A DNA stretch of 64,000 nt from Raillietiella orientalis (GCA_036172245.1 JAYWIR010000028.1:1240001-1304000), one strand, 5' to 3'; shown: positions 36,900 to 50,100, counted from the first letter of the stretch. The notes: generated by a model from the sequence alone, not told the origin. Numbers and translations are program-made.

Positions 36900-39000
36900 T
36901 GCTTGTCGGTCCCTCGTGTGGCGTGGGCGGCATGGATTTCGCTGGAGTACCGCATGCATCAAGCCACCATACGGTGCCTCATGTTCTCCGAGTACTTTTT
37001 AGGAATTCCAAGGTCCCGCAGCAATTCTTCGTTACCTGGGTCCCAGGCTCCCAGTGAGCCAACGATGAGAGCATGCACCTTGCATCTTTTTCCCTCTCTG
37101 CCTAGCCGGAAAGCTACTTCCTTGTGCTTTTCCAGTTTGTTCCTCTTAGCTCCGCCGAACGCCTCTCTTCCGTCTTCGAACGGGCAGCAGAAACCCAGCA
37201 CTATTCGATTTCTTTTCTTCAGTACTAAGTCCGGTCGCAGGAGGGAATCCATTCCTGGAGCTCTCTGGATGGTGGACACTAGAGTCCACTTTGTCTCATC
37301 CGCCGCCGCAGTGCTGATCATTCATTCCTGGATCGCGTTATGTCGCGCAGTGGACAGACGAAGGGTCCTCCTGCATCGGTTCAATATATGAGGCAGAGTT
37401 TTGTCTTCCATCCAGCAGCACCAACATGCGCGTTCCTCTGGTTTCATCCTGGGTCCGAGAGGGCAATAGAAATCCTTTTGGGTTCTTTTCTGTCTTCACT
37501 GTTTTCCTTCCAGCTCTTTTTTTTTTTTCTTTTTTTTTAGCTTTCTCACAAATATCCTTGCACCCAACTTCATGGCGCAGATGTATTTTCTTAGAAGTGA
37601 TTACCCAGAGATAAGGCTTCTTCAGAATCTTTCTATTGAGCAAACAGATACAATGAGAACTTTGGTGATTCTGGATACTTTGAAGTAAGCAAATAAGACG
37701 TTTGGTACGGTAAACTGCAGGTTCATCGGATAGCCTGCATCCTCTACACGCGCTGGAGATCCATGAGCAATTGGATCAGCTGTCTTATTTAATAGCCATC
37801 TACTTTGAAAGTTCCCGGAAAATCACATCGACTGGCAATGACGTCACATCCAGGATGTCCACAGGAGATGTTGAATCCCTCTAAGGTCTCTCCTCAAGGA
37901 GCTGAGATGTTGTTGAAGGCTGCCTTGAGGTAAACTGCTCTCAGACAGCAGCATGTCCTTGAAGCATAAGCAGGTCACTAAAGGTAAGAGGAGGAAACAC
38001 CCTGCCGTAGAATCGACGTTCCTTTGACCAGAAGCTGCTTCACTGTGTCCTTGACTTCGGTCGATCTTGCTCGAAAGCTGCTTCTCGGTTTTTAGGAGCA
38101 ATGAAAGAAGGTACCTGTTATGGATCTGTGCTCAATGAATCCTTGAAGAGTGGGAGCTAGATAGGTTCAGGTGTCATCCTTTCACCATTAGGTCAAAGAA
38201 GGTCCTCTGGAGGAGCTTCGTTTGTTCTTTGCTTCCATTGATTTTATTTTCCAATCAGTCGTTCCTCATCCGCTCCTCAGGTGCGAACAGAGCCCAACAG
38301 AAGAGGTTTCTAGTGCACAGCTTCATGCGGCGACTAGGCCCTGGGTCGATGAGACTTGGAAGGCCCTCGTTCTACGGAGTCGCGAGCAAAGTCGTCGGGA
38401 GAAAGGGAGGCTTCCTGGAGACTCCCCCTCATAGGGATTGGTAGGCGGGTCCACAAGGTCCTTTCTTCCCGTCCTTCTTTTTCTTCTTGTCTTTCCGTAT
38501 TCCGCGCTTTTCGATCCCTTGGCAACACTCTGTGCATGCCTCATGGTAGCGACAATGTCCTCTGAACGGGCACGCCTCTCGACACTCTGGTGACCACTCC
38601 CTCTCTCGAGTGACCTTTTCATTCGACTTCCGGTTTCATTACACTTCATACATGGATATTTCGGTCTCCAGGACCCAAGTATAGGACGGCCTCAAGTGAG
38701 CTCCCTTGAGTCCTGAGATTTCTTCTTCACTCCCGTCCTTCCGGCTTCCGGTGGCCTGGTGTCCTCAGTCTGCAGCTTCACCCCCGGCACTGCCGACGTC
38801 CAGTGGAAAAAATAGGTACAAGACGGGGGAAAGTTGAAAGTGAACTCATCTTCCTTCGTCCTCCTCTTGTGGACTTGGATGCGACATCCTGAGAGGAGTT
38901 TCGTATTCCTTCCGCAAAGAGTACCCCATGTCTCCTCAAAGAGCGCGCCTACCGGAAGATGGCACTGACCAGATGCCTTGGCTCTGACGAAGACGATGGC
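36900..39000 (-). mobile_element. Decayed NeSL/Utopia-type non-LTR retrotransposon with restriction-like endonuclease (REL)
   Basis: CWCCWMEDKTLPHILNRC (CCHC knuckle, ~37426-37372), ARHNAIQ, LRPDLVL, CPFE..EAF..K.EKH and ALIVGSLGAWDPGNE (ORF 36959-37321). Upstream: VTCLCFKDMLLSE (resembles LAFADDL) and GNHF. In-frame stops and internal deletions. Confidence 0.85.
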
Positions 39001-39319
39001 TCCAACTGGCTCATTCCATAGAGAGTGAGCTACAGGAAGATCCCCTTCTCAGGACATGTCTCGTGGGCCCTAGTGTCAGAAAAGGGGATCACTGGAGGTT
39101 CTCAGACTCTCCCTTTCCACTCCTGGAACCACCGTTCTTCTGAACTCGGCTGTGCACCACAGAACGAGCTCTTCTGCCAAGTCCACATCATCTCGGAGTG
39201 GTGCTGGTAGAGAAGTAAGGGGAGGAGGGGGAGGAAATAAATGCAATCAAGGCTTTTCTCTTTCCCTAGTTTTCTATTCCAGAGTTTTCCCTCCTGAGAG
39301 TTTCTCCTGAAAGGAGGAA

Positions 39320-40300
39320 GGGGTGCATCTCAAACATCTCCTCCGGAGTTCTGAAGTTCCCGCCCCGGGAAAGGTTTCATCCCAAGCGATTTTCCCCCTT
39401 GCTTATGCGGAACGAATTTGTGCGCAAGCCTGTTCTCCATGGGGCTGGGGTCTGAACTCTGTAGCGTGGGATTTCTTGTCCGTTGCTCAGAGGAATATGA
39501 CTCGCTCTGGATCGATCCGGTCCTCGGAGCATCAAGAAAGGGACCTCTTCCGAGACGATCTTGATAAGTTCCTCCCTTCAGAGGAGCGTGCGGTATCGGC
39601 ACCAATCCGATTCAGCCTCCGCGAGCCAGGCGGGCGGGTTCGAGTGGCCGCCAAGATGGAGGATTAAATCGGAAACCTCTCTAGTCAGGGTAGAGAGTCG
39701 ACGCCGATCCGAAAGGGTGTAGAAGAATCTTCGAGAACCTATTCCTAACTGCCTGCTGCTTTCCCTAGGAGCATGCAGGAGGAATGGAATCTATCGAGGA
39801 CCCGCCTGCGATACGGGGTCGCGCCCTCACCCTGACGGTGTCCCCAGCATCCTCAGCAAGGCACAGAGAAAGTCTTCTTCGAGCTGGACCAGCAGGGAAG
39901 TGCTCTATCATAGCGTCCCGGCTCTCAGGGACGATACCCAGGGGTCCGAAGGGAATGATTCAGACTCCTAGCCATCCCTCCAAGGTGATGGTGGATCCAC
40001 GAATCGTCTGTGAGGTGCCCGGCAGGAACTGGATGCAGGCGCTGATCGCTCGCCGACCGCGATGCGGTTCTTGACCACCGCCTTCCCAACCATCATCTGC
40101 GAATCCTCCGCCGAGGAACCCCTCCAGGATGTCTCGACGGAAGGTCGCCAAGGGATCCCTCCCTCTCTCTTCTCCCCCCTGTGAAGTCTTGCCTCCCGTG
40201 GCCAGGCAGAATAAGCGCTTGCGGAGAGCCCCACCGAGGGCGGCAGAGGTCGTCTCTCCCAGCATCTCTCTGCCCCGCGCTGCTTGACCGAGGGGATCCT
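39320..40300 (+). mobile_element. Possible decayed DIRS-type RT/RNase H fragment
   Basis: GKVSSQAIFPLAYAERI resembles G..YQF.ALPFGL..APR; FLPSEERAVSAPIRFSLREPG resembles GF..N.EKS...P....LG. By-eye only. Confidence 0.35.
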
Positions 40301-40646
40301 GTGAGGTCCTAATGCGTGATGCTCACTCTGGAAGACAGGGAGGCTAAGAGCTTCTAGGCTCTAGCTGCTCAGCCAGTCGAGCAGGAGGGATCCTCTATGC
40401 CGGCGATGCACTTCCAGAGGAGTCCAGGGAGATTGTCCGCCGATCCCAAAGAGGGGAGGAAGTGGGAGGGGGAGAGAGCAAAGGGAGGGGAGAGAGGATC
40501 CGGGACTCCACCCCACTGACTGCCAGAAGCGGGTGATGGGGAGAGGATGAGGGACGGGGGTAGCCCCCGGAGGGCTGTCCTCCACCGCGCCGTCCCAACC
40601 TCGCCCTTCGAAACGCCACGCCCGAGGCGCGCGCGCAAATCTTCCT

Positions 40647-40652
40647 TTTATT
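40647..40652 (-). promoter_or_regulatory. Candidate polyadenylation signal (AATAAA) for Vsx
   Basis: AATAAA on - about 280 nt after the Vsx stop, in otherwise very GC-rich sequence. Confidence 0.5.
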
Positions 40653-40933
40653 GCATCCTCCTCTCCTGCCTCTCCGCGCGGTCCGCAGGCGGCAGGGCGC
40701 CGCTTCCGGGAACGCCGGGCAGGAAAAACATCCAGGTCGGGCAGGCGGTCCAGCTGCAGGAGAGCGGGGGAAACCCGAGGAGCCCCTGCTGGCAAAGGAA
40801 GGACGTCGCGCTGTCTTCCTTCGGGGAGCGCTCCTCCGCACGAGGTCGGGCGGCGGTCGACGCCGCAGAACGGCCCGCAGGACCCCCCGTGCGGACGGAC
40901 GGCGCGTGTCGAGCGAGGAATCCCCGTCCTGCG

Positions 40934-41181
40934 TCAGCGGTCGTAGAGGTGGTGGTCGGTGAGCAGCTTGGCGCAGTGTTCCTGGGCTTTCGCCCGGAGC
41001 GCTGCTATGCTGTTGTTGCGCATCGCCTCTGGGCTGGACCCGTGCTGTTGCTTTCCCGCTGCCTGTCCTCTCCGCGCCTTCTCGTCCTTTCCAGAGAGGT
41101 CCTCCTCTTCCCCTTTGTCGTCCTGCGCCTTCTCCAGATCCTTGATCTGCTGAGCCGCCTCCATAGACTTCCTATGCATCC
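40934..41181 (-). CDS. Vsx: Vsx last exon (end of [16 protein letters not shown] motif; TGA)
   Basis: TTTCCAG acceptor, phase 1; [12 protein letters not shown]; stop at 40936-40934. Confidence 0.93.
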
Positions 41182-44100
41182 CTGGAAAGTTTTTCGGGAT
41201 GTCAGGAGTGGGAGGTTCCGGAACCGGAAACGATTTCCGGAAGTCCTTCTCCCACATGAGAGTTCCCCCTCCCCTTTCCTCCATAGGGGGGCGGGAGAGG
41301 GGTGGGGGAGGAAAGAGTTGCCGAGCCTCAGCTCCTCCCTCTCAGCCTTCAGCAGCGGCGCGCTCGTCCGCCAACAACTCCGTCCCCCCCCAAAGGAACG
41401 GGAGTAGGGTCGGGCGGAAGGAGAGCCGAGGCTTGGGCGGCCGAGACACCCCACCGCGACGAGCGGGTGGAGCGCGGAAGGGTTCCTTTCGGAGTCGTGC
41501 GAGGCTCCCTCCCGGTGAGCAAAGGGGAAGGAAAGAGAAGAAACCGAAAGAGGGAATTCTATCCTTCCGTGTGGAGAGAGATCGAGCTTCGGAGGAGTAC
41601 CAGAGCTCCTCCTCCTTTCCTTCTCCTATTTTTTCCTTCCTCCTCCCTCTCTCTTGAAAGGAGCTGCAGGAATGCGCAGCAGGAGCAGCGGTGGCAACCT
41701 CCCCACTCCTTTCCAGCCCAGAGCCCAATCCTCTTTCTATCCCATACGCAACGATGGTTCCATCGTTTTCCCCGTTCCCCCTCCCCTATCCCCAGACCTC
41801 GTTCTCCTATCTTGCTGGGGAAGGGAGCCTCCTCTTACCTAGAAGCCAAGGGGCACAGTTCTCCGGACCCTTCACGCTTTTGATTATCGTGTCGGGCAAG
41901 GGCAGGGAATGCCTGACCATGGCCCCGTACAGGCCGTACTCGGCCATGATGGTGCTTTTGCCCCAGCACTTCTCCGTCTTGCGCCACTTGGCCCGCCGAT
42001 TTTGAAACCAAACCTGCAAGAGAGAGACGCGTTGGTGGGGTGGCGGAGAGAGGGACTGAGGGATGGATGAGCATCCTGCTGCAGCAGGAGACCTCAGTGG
42101 GTGTGGGTCAGCGTCCGTGGGGTGAAAAGGACTGGTCCGGCCAGCCAGCTTCCCCGCGCTTGAGCTCGCCGTCCGGAGGGAAATCTCGTGGCAGGTTGAG
42201 CGGGGAAGAGTTCCGACAGAGTGGCGGCACTCCCTCACGTGCTTGGCACTCTCACCCAGTGCTCCTCTGCTGTCCCTACTTCACCTTCCCTTACTTCTCT
42301 GCCCTCTCTTTCCTTTCTCTTCTTCGGGAGAGCTCGGTCCGAACGGCGATGAGATGTCCCCTTGCCGGGTTGCGTTCCTTCTGACCCACAACTGGAGAGC
42401 CTCGATGGCGCCTCTCTACTCAAAAAATGGTCTCGGGAAGGCGGGCGTGGGGAAGGGAGGAGGGAACGTGCTTGGAGGGCGCTTGTCGAGCGACCGCAGC
42501 AGCGTTCTCCGCAGTTCAGGGTGCTCCCGGTGAGGCTACGAAGCCGACAGTAGGGAAGCAGATGGGAAGGGCAGGGTCGCTCCTGTCGCGAGTTGGCAAC
42601 CCCCGGTGTGGTCCAGATCGACCTTTGGGAAGGAGAGGAAGAAGGAATTTCTACAAGAGATTGGAGGTCCTTCCTGGAGCTGCGAGCAAGCGTAACCATG
42701 GATGACGACGGAAGGTTTCTCAGTCTTAGTGGACTACATGGCCCTCCCAGGGCGTCGCTCCAAAGCGCTCGCATCTCCCCTGAGATTTCACTCCCAGCCA
42801 GTTGCTTGCAGCTCTGAGCAAGTGGGGAAGAGGGGAAAAGCTTCCTCAGCACGCAAAGAGGCGCAGCTTCCGGACGGGATAGAAACGCGATCGGCTTCCC
42901 GGGATGTAGGAGTAGGTGGGTGGGGAGGAAGGAAAAAGTCTGTGAAGCGGCGGCGCTGGCGGCTTACAAAACGGGGCGACACCTCTGTTCCTAGCCATTC
43001 TGGAAACCGCGACTCGAGAGTGCGTCTCGCCCCGTCCCTGGAGGGTCGGGCATTTCTCCCCCCCCCTCACTTCCGTCTCCCTCCCCTTCTTTCATCCGGA
43101 TGGCTCGTTCCCTGGTTTACTCCCCTCTTTTCTCACACTTCTCATCTCTCGCTTTCGTTTGGGAAGGGGGCGGAGGTGGCTGTAAGGAAGAGAAGGGAAC
43201 GTGAACGCACGGCGGCGGTCGGGCCGTCCCGAGTTTATGGACCAAACTCTCCTGGTTCGTGGAGGTGCCAATTAAGCTCTCACGCGGGCACGAGCACTCG
43301 GGCCGGGAGGAGACCGCGCAGGATCGATTGGCGGCGATTTCGCCTCCGGGAAGAGGAGTCCCGGTCATTACCGACGGTCGATCCACTCGTGCGCGGCTAA
43401 TTGCCCCAGTCCCCTCTCGCCTGCCAGGCGCGGCTGCGGACAGGAGACAGGTTTCCCCAGTAACCACTGGCTTTCCTCTCCCTTATCCTCTGAGTGCATC
43501 CTCGACGACGGACGAGCAGGGGCGCCGTGTCTTCTGTGGAGTTCCCTCCTCCCCCCTCCTCTCCTCCCTGGACCGGAAGCGCCTGCACAATCCAGAGGGA
43601 TCTGCCCCTCTGTCTCCGGGAGCAGCAGCAGATACCTTTTGAGATGTCAGAGGGAGGGAGAGGAAGGGATGGTCGGCATCCTTGGATGGACGCGTGATCA
43701 CTGTGGGCGCGATGCACATCCACAGATCCGAGTTCGGCAGCTCGGTGGCCGCAGACACGAAGCTCATGGTCGCCTGGAGACACCTTCTCCGACTGCCCAG
43801 GGAAGGGCAGATGACTACCCAACGTGAGGGGCAGGGTTGGAAGTACATCCGAGCACGTGCGATAGGAAGTGAAAGCGCGGGCGGATGGTCATCGGCGCTC
43901 CAGTGCACCGCTGCCTGGTGCCATGGAGCTTCCGGACGCCACTTCCGGAGTCGGAAGCGCCGTCTACTCGATCGGACCACGTCTCCCGAGTTTCCTGCTC
44001 CGAGATATGCCGACTGGACGGCCCTCCAAGACTAGAGAGGGGAGGAGGAGGAGGATCCAGGTTGCCGAGGCGACGGGGAGGAAGAGGAGGCAAGTCGAGA

Positions 44101-47100
44101 GTGATTATCTCTGGGTGCGGCCTCGGCGCCATCCTCGTTAATAGGGGATAGAAAAGAAAACGAGAGGAAGGGAGAAAGGGGGTGAGTCCTCAAGACTTCG
44201 CGTCATGTGGCGCTTTCTTCCGGTCGCTTTCGTCATCTAACGGCACTTTTGTGAACTACGTCGTTTTTCGAGCTCTCCGCCGGAGGGTGTCACGGGACAC
44301 GGGTACTCATGACCCTTCAGCGTCTGAAGCCCTCCCAGGAGCAGGGAGGAATGACCCCTCCTGATCCTCCTCCTGCCACACTCTGAGTGAATCCTCTTTT
44401 CTCTCAGGCTCCTTGATCTGCATCTCCACCTGAGCTCCGGGGCGACGGGCGAAGCTGGGTTCTCATCGACGCCGGAACGCTCCCTGTCCACCGCCAGGGA
44501 GGAGCAGGAAGCACTTGCGCGAGGAGAAAGGAGCTGTGGGGTGGGAGAGAGGACAGGGAGGGGTGAGGACAAATGAGAGAGAGCCCACGCTTGGGGAACG
44601 AAAGATTCTCGTTTCACTGACTCCCTCCTCTCTCTCTTCGTTTCCTTGCTCGCTCCGTCCATAGATTCCGGTCACAGCAGGGACGGACGGGAAAGGTCCG
44701 GGACATCTTCTGGTGGAGAAAGGGGAGGATGGAAGCAGAAATCCTGTCGCTCCGCTAACGTCAGTGTTCTTCCCTCCTCCCTCCTCCTTCTCTTCCCGAT
44801 TCCGCGCAACGGGAAATTGCCCGCATCTAATGAAATCTCTCCAAGGGGGAGCGGGCTGATTCGATTGACGCCCTCGGGCCACCGCCTATTCATCTTCGTT
44901 AGGGGGGCTGAGGAGGCGGCTGCCGATCCAGCCTGCTCAACCGCTGGAGGAAGAAGAGGTGGGAAATGGGGATGGAGAGATGCATGGGCGGGCGAGCCGG
45001 GGTCGGGAGGACGCGTGCTGCTGGGCTTTCCACGGGATGACCGACTCCACCGCTCCCGGGAAGCCACTCTCCCCTTGCGGCTTAGCTTTTTACGGCCGCT
45101 AATCGGATTTGGGCGAGGCTCCCCCGGGGAGGAAGGGGGAGGGGGAGAAGGGAAATCGGGGTGGCGCAAATTCAAGTAAGGAGACGCAGAGGCGGCTGCC
45201 CTGGGCCTGATAGGGTTTCACAGCTGGCCGCACGCGAACGAAGGAGGGAAAGAGAGGGAGGCCGATTCGCTGCTGTCGCCATCTCATGGCAAGGCGGTGA
45301 GGCTCGGAGAGCCCTACTAGCGAGTCTTCCTGGGATCGGACGGTGAAGAGGGATTCCTCGAGCTGGTGGCGATCGGGAGGGAGGTGAGGACGCCTTTCAA
45401 TTTCAACCCTTGGCCCTACCTGGAGGACCTGCAGGACACCTGCGAAGCCCCAGGGACGCTCTCTTACCCTTCCGAGCTCTAGGTGCCCGGAAGGGATAGA
45501 AGAGAGGGGACCCTCCCCATGAAGACGTGCTCTCGAGTTTCTTCTTCGTCCCGCCGCTTCCCTCCAGTTCGGTTATAACCCTCGATGGCCCCCTCCGCTT
45601 TTGTCACCGCTCTTCCCCTCAAGTCCAGGCCCTCCGGTGCACCTTCCTCCCCTACTGTATCCTCCCCTTTCCCTCTCTTGAGGTTTGTGGGGAGAAGGGC
45701 GCATGAAGTTTCCAGGGGGGATCTCGTCCTAAGGAAGCTCGGGAAGGAGCATGTCGTCCTTCCTCCCTCCTGCTGGCACCTCCTGTCCTCCCAGGGAGCA
45801 GCTGCCAGTTCCAGGCGCCCCGTTTGAGGGGAGAGGCCGCGCGCCCCCACGAGTCCCCCCCTTTCCTCCTCCACTTCCCTCTCTTCGCGACGACTCCATC
45901 CGTGAGGTCCAGTTTATTCTTCCTCTCCGAGAAATATGCATCCCGGAAGTGCTTTTTCACAGTGCTACACACTCCCCTCTTTTCACTTTCCTCTTTCTTT
46001 TCCTGGGACGTCCGGAAACCCACGCGCGACCCTCAGGACTCTCACCTTTCTGCCTGCAGAGGATCCCCAGGAAAGCAGCGCGCCCTTCCCTCTTTCGGTC
46101 TTCGAGACCCCCCCCCCCTCCTTCGCCTACTCTCCACCGCCGATTCCGGGAACCCCGGAGAGTAAGCAGCGTCTAGTCACACTCCTCCCCCCACTTTTCC
46201 AGTGCTTCCGGTGGGCGTGGTTCCTCCCTATCCTGCCCGCTCCTATTTTTCCCTCGAGAAACCTCACGGATCCTTCACCTCCTTCGAATGAAGGCGGCTT
46301 TGAAGGGGAGAAGGGAAATCAGGAGGGAAGGGAACGACGCTTTTTAAGGTCCGTTCCTTCTCTTTCCCCTCTTCTCCCCCCTTCCCTCCCTCCATATCCT
46401 CGCTGCTCGCACCAGTGAGTTCATTCTACAGGATGAACCGGACAGGTCAATTCTGTTCCTCCTCCCCTTTTTCTTATTTCCTGCAATCGCAGATATGCCT
46501 GAGTAGCACGTCCCCGGGAATTTCTCTCGCGATCCGAAGGGGAGAGGAAGCGGAAAGGCCGCTCTTTCCACTCTTTCCCATGGGTTCTCCGTATTCCTTC
46601 TCCGTGGGACCTGAGTCGGTATGTCCTTCGGCAGTGGATCTGCCATCCCCTTCGACCTCTCGTGGCTTTCCTCTCTGGGACCGCTCGCGATGGGAAGCGC
46701 CTTCTTCCCCGATTGGAGTCTTCTCATCCGGGAGATTCCTTTGCGCCAGAAAGACGAGCCCTTCCCGCGAGCCCCTTTTTCCTTCCCTTCGCCCGTTGGC
46801 GGTCTCCGTCCCGGCGGCGGCGCAGAATCGTTCACAGCCACTGTCACCTCCAAGTGCAAGCACGCGCCAGCGGCACGAGAGGAACGGGAAAGAGGGCGAA
46901 AAGATCTCGCCGCTCGCCTGCGGCGAGCCCGATCTAGGCCACGTTTTCTGGAAACAGGAAAGGGCTGACTTTCCTGGTGTCTACTGGGAGGGGTAGTGGG
47001 AGACTCGCGCTGCGTCGCCATCCCTGGGCGGCAAACGCATCCACGTGCTCGCAAGTCGGGTCACGGCGCCGTGGACCTCTCTCCCGCCTTTCCCACTGGC

Positions 47101-50100
47101 TCCAGGAAGCGTGCAGGGCGAGGAGGGACCTGACACTTCCCCTTCCTCCTCTTTGTCCCTGCTGCTTTGAAGGAAGGGGACCCCGCGGGTGGAGAGGGAG
47201 TCCTTAGCTTGCCCTCCGGCAACGACCTTGCCCTATTTCTTTCCCTGCTCTAACCTGCCTCTTCAGGACAAACCCTCCGGGATGTTGCATGCACGCTTGA
47301 CCACCGATTTCCTCCCCTTCCCTTCTCCCTCGTCTTAAGCTCTGCGCAGTTTTGGCGCCACAGATCGTGTGGTTTCTGGTTTCCAACAGGTCGCCTGGCA
47401 ACGGTCATTTGCGTATGAGCCGACTTCAGGTCGTCTCTCTCTTCTCTGCCTCCCCTAACCCTGTCTCCGAAGATTCGAGGGTTTCTTCTGGTAGTGCTCT
47501 TCCTTTACCATCTGGAAGGGGACACTCGCACTGGGAGTTACCCGGGCTTGGATCCAGAGTCCACCTCCGGTCCCGGGACGCCCCAAGCAGAGAAGAGGAA
47601 GAGGAGTTTTCCGGTCGCTGATTCCCCTCTCCCTCCCCCACGGAGTACCCTCATTTCAAGAAGCTCCTCAGCCTCTCCCTCATTCCCCCATTTGCGATTC
47701 CGGGAATGCTCCTGGAACCTTCGGCATTGGTCTTCCGAGGGAGATGGCTCGGGCAGCAAGAGAGCTCCTCCCTCCCCTCTGGAGGGGCGAGCCCTCGTTC
47801 CATCCTCCCAGAACTTTACCGAGGGGAGGAGGAAGGGTTCACTGTCGCGATTTTTCCTCCCGAAGGAGGAGGAGCCGGAAGGAGAGAAGCTACTCCGCCA
47901 GGCAAAGGGGAACGGCATCAGCGACGGCATCCGAAAGGGGGATGAATGGATATTTGAAAGGCATGTCATAAGGCGAGCGGGAGGGCAAGGATGTAGAAGG
48001 ACCTCCCGCGCGCATAGACGGGGTTGCGAGGCGATAGGAATTCGCCGGAGGCTGGGAAAGTGAGCCAGCATTCGCCTCGTCGAAGATGATGGAGCCTCTC
48101 TCCGGGCAAGGACGCGCAGGTAGTCGCGATCGCTTTCTGGTTGGGTTTTCGTGGGAGTCCTCGATGGGGAGGAAAGAACTCTCTATTCGCGATTTCCTTT
48201 TCGGCGCCCAAACCCTCTCCCCCCCTCTTCGCTTCCTTCCCTTCCCCCCTGCCTCTCCTACTCCCTTTGAGGCTAGAGGGGCGCCCTGTGTGGCGAGTCT
48301 TCCTTTCCTTCTTCACTTACCCATCCCCTCCTTCCATAGAACTTTCAGTCCCTCCCACAGTGCCACGTGTTCCCTGCACACGTTTGTCCCTTCCTTCCTC
48401 CGGGAGCTCGTCCGCGCTTCACGCAGGGGAAGGAGGAAATGGGGAGAGAGAACTCCTGGATCCGCTGCCGTTGCTACTCCCGGAAGTGGGAAGGTCCGCG
48501 CTGGAGTTCCCGTCAGTCATGGGAAGCAAGCGGGACTCTCTCTCCCTCTCCCTCTGTGGAGGAAGCCTCCCCTTCGCCTCGGTTGTTAGCAGGGCGCGCG
48601 TGCTGACAAGGAGGGAGATGCGCCTGGATGCTCGCATCCGGGAGGAGCCACGCGCCGCCCGAGGAGCCCTGCGGGAGGCGGCTTTTCGCCTTCCTGCAGG
48701 GGACATTTCCTTCCCGAGCGCTCGCGCACCTGAGGGTGCCCGCCGGTTTTGGAATTTCGGCCCTGAGGTCACTCACCGCGCGACCTGCTTCCCTCCTCAG
48801 CTCCCGGGGAAACAGCATCTTCCCTGCCAACGAACCGTGCGCTCCTTGTTTCACTTCCTGTTTGGTCCGCACGGCCCACCTCGGAGATCTTGCTCTTCCC
48901 TGGGCAATGAGGAACAGGCGGCTGTGGGCGCTCTCTCTCTTGAGGGATCGCCTCCCGGGAGGAATCGCAGGGTTTTCGCTGATCCTCGCCTTTCGTTATT
49001 CTTTTCCCTGAACGAGCCCATTCGCTGTCCCTAGGATCCCCTCTGCCGCAGCCCCCTGCAGCCTTCTGGTCCCGCCGCCTTCTGGAGCGTCAACAGCTCG
49101 TGGATCCTCGTCCCACTCGAAGGCTCCGCCCGTTATATTTCGGCCACCCACGTCCTCTTTTCCCTCCCGTTCCCTGCTGATGCATGTAGATTCTCGAGGT
49201 TCCTCTCCTGAGGATTCCCTTGGCGCGCTGGCCAAGAAGTTTTCGGAGAGCACCAGTCTTCTCCAAGAAGAAAGACTGGTGCCCCCCCCCCCCAGAAAAA
49301 CTGCAGATCCTTTTTGAAGATGACGGAGATCCTTTTGGGGGTCCTTTTCCGTCTTCGCTGCTTTCCTTCCAGCTTTTCTTTTTTTTTCTTTAGAGTTTTC
49401 ATTTTGGGGGTTCGCTGAGGACCTTAGGAACCGTCGCGCCCCTGACGGCGGCTCAAACAACTCTTTGACGCTGTCCCACGCCACCGGAGGATGCCGGTAG
49501 TTCTTCAAGATAGAGGGTACCCCAGGAGAGGACCACCCTATGAATCCAGGAAGGGCTCCGGAGAGGGGAGCCCGTTCCTCTCCACCAGGATGGTGGTCTC
49601 CGGAGAGACCACGAAGGGGACCGCTCTTGTTTCCTCCTCTGAAGAGAACCCCGAAAGGATGCTTCCGAAATTTCTCAGAGGAGCGCCTCCCCGAAAGGAG
49701 GGATATGCTTCTTTGCACTCTGGGGGGTGTCATCATTAATCCGCCAGCTCCATGGTACGAGACAGAGGGTCCCCCTAAAAGGGGAGGGGGCGCTCCTTTG
49801 CACAACCGGAGGGTCGACTTTCGATCGAGTGCATCCTGTTTGAACCCCTACCGGTGCCGCACCCGAATGAACCGAGGAACCCGAACCCACGATACACACG
49901 TCATCTCTCGGAGTTGCTTCTTTCCGAGTATTCATACCCGCGACGCCTGGTACCACGCCTTGCGGAGACCGTAACCACGTGGCCTCCGACGCGGACCAAT
50001 CGGACGGAAGCATCCTTCCGCCTTTCTCCAAAGAACCCGCCTCACTCTTCTTGCTCGCGCCCCCGTGCAAGAAGCGTTCGAAGGTCATTCCTCCACTTGT

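Noticed and set aside
40547..41407. 286-aa plus-strand ORF
   Set aside because: Antisense to the Vsx last exon in GC-rich DNA.
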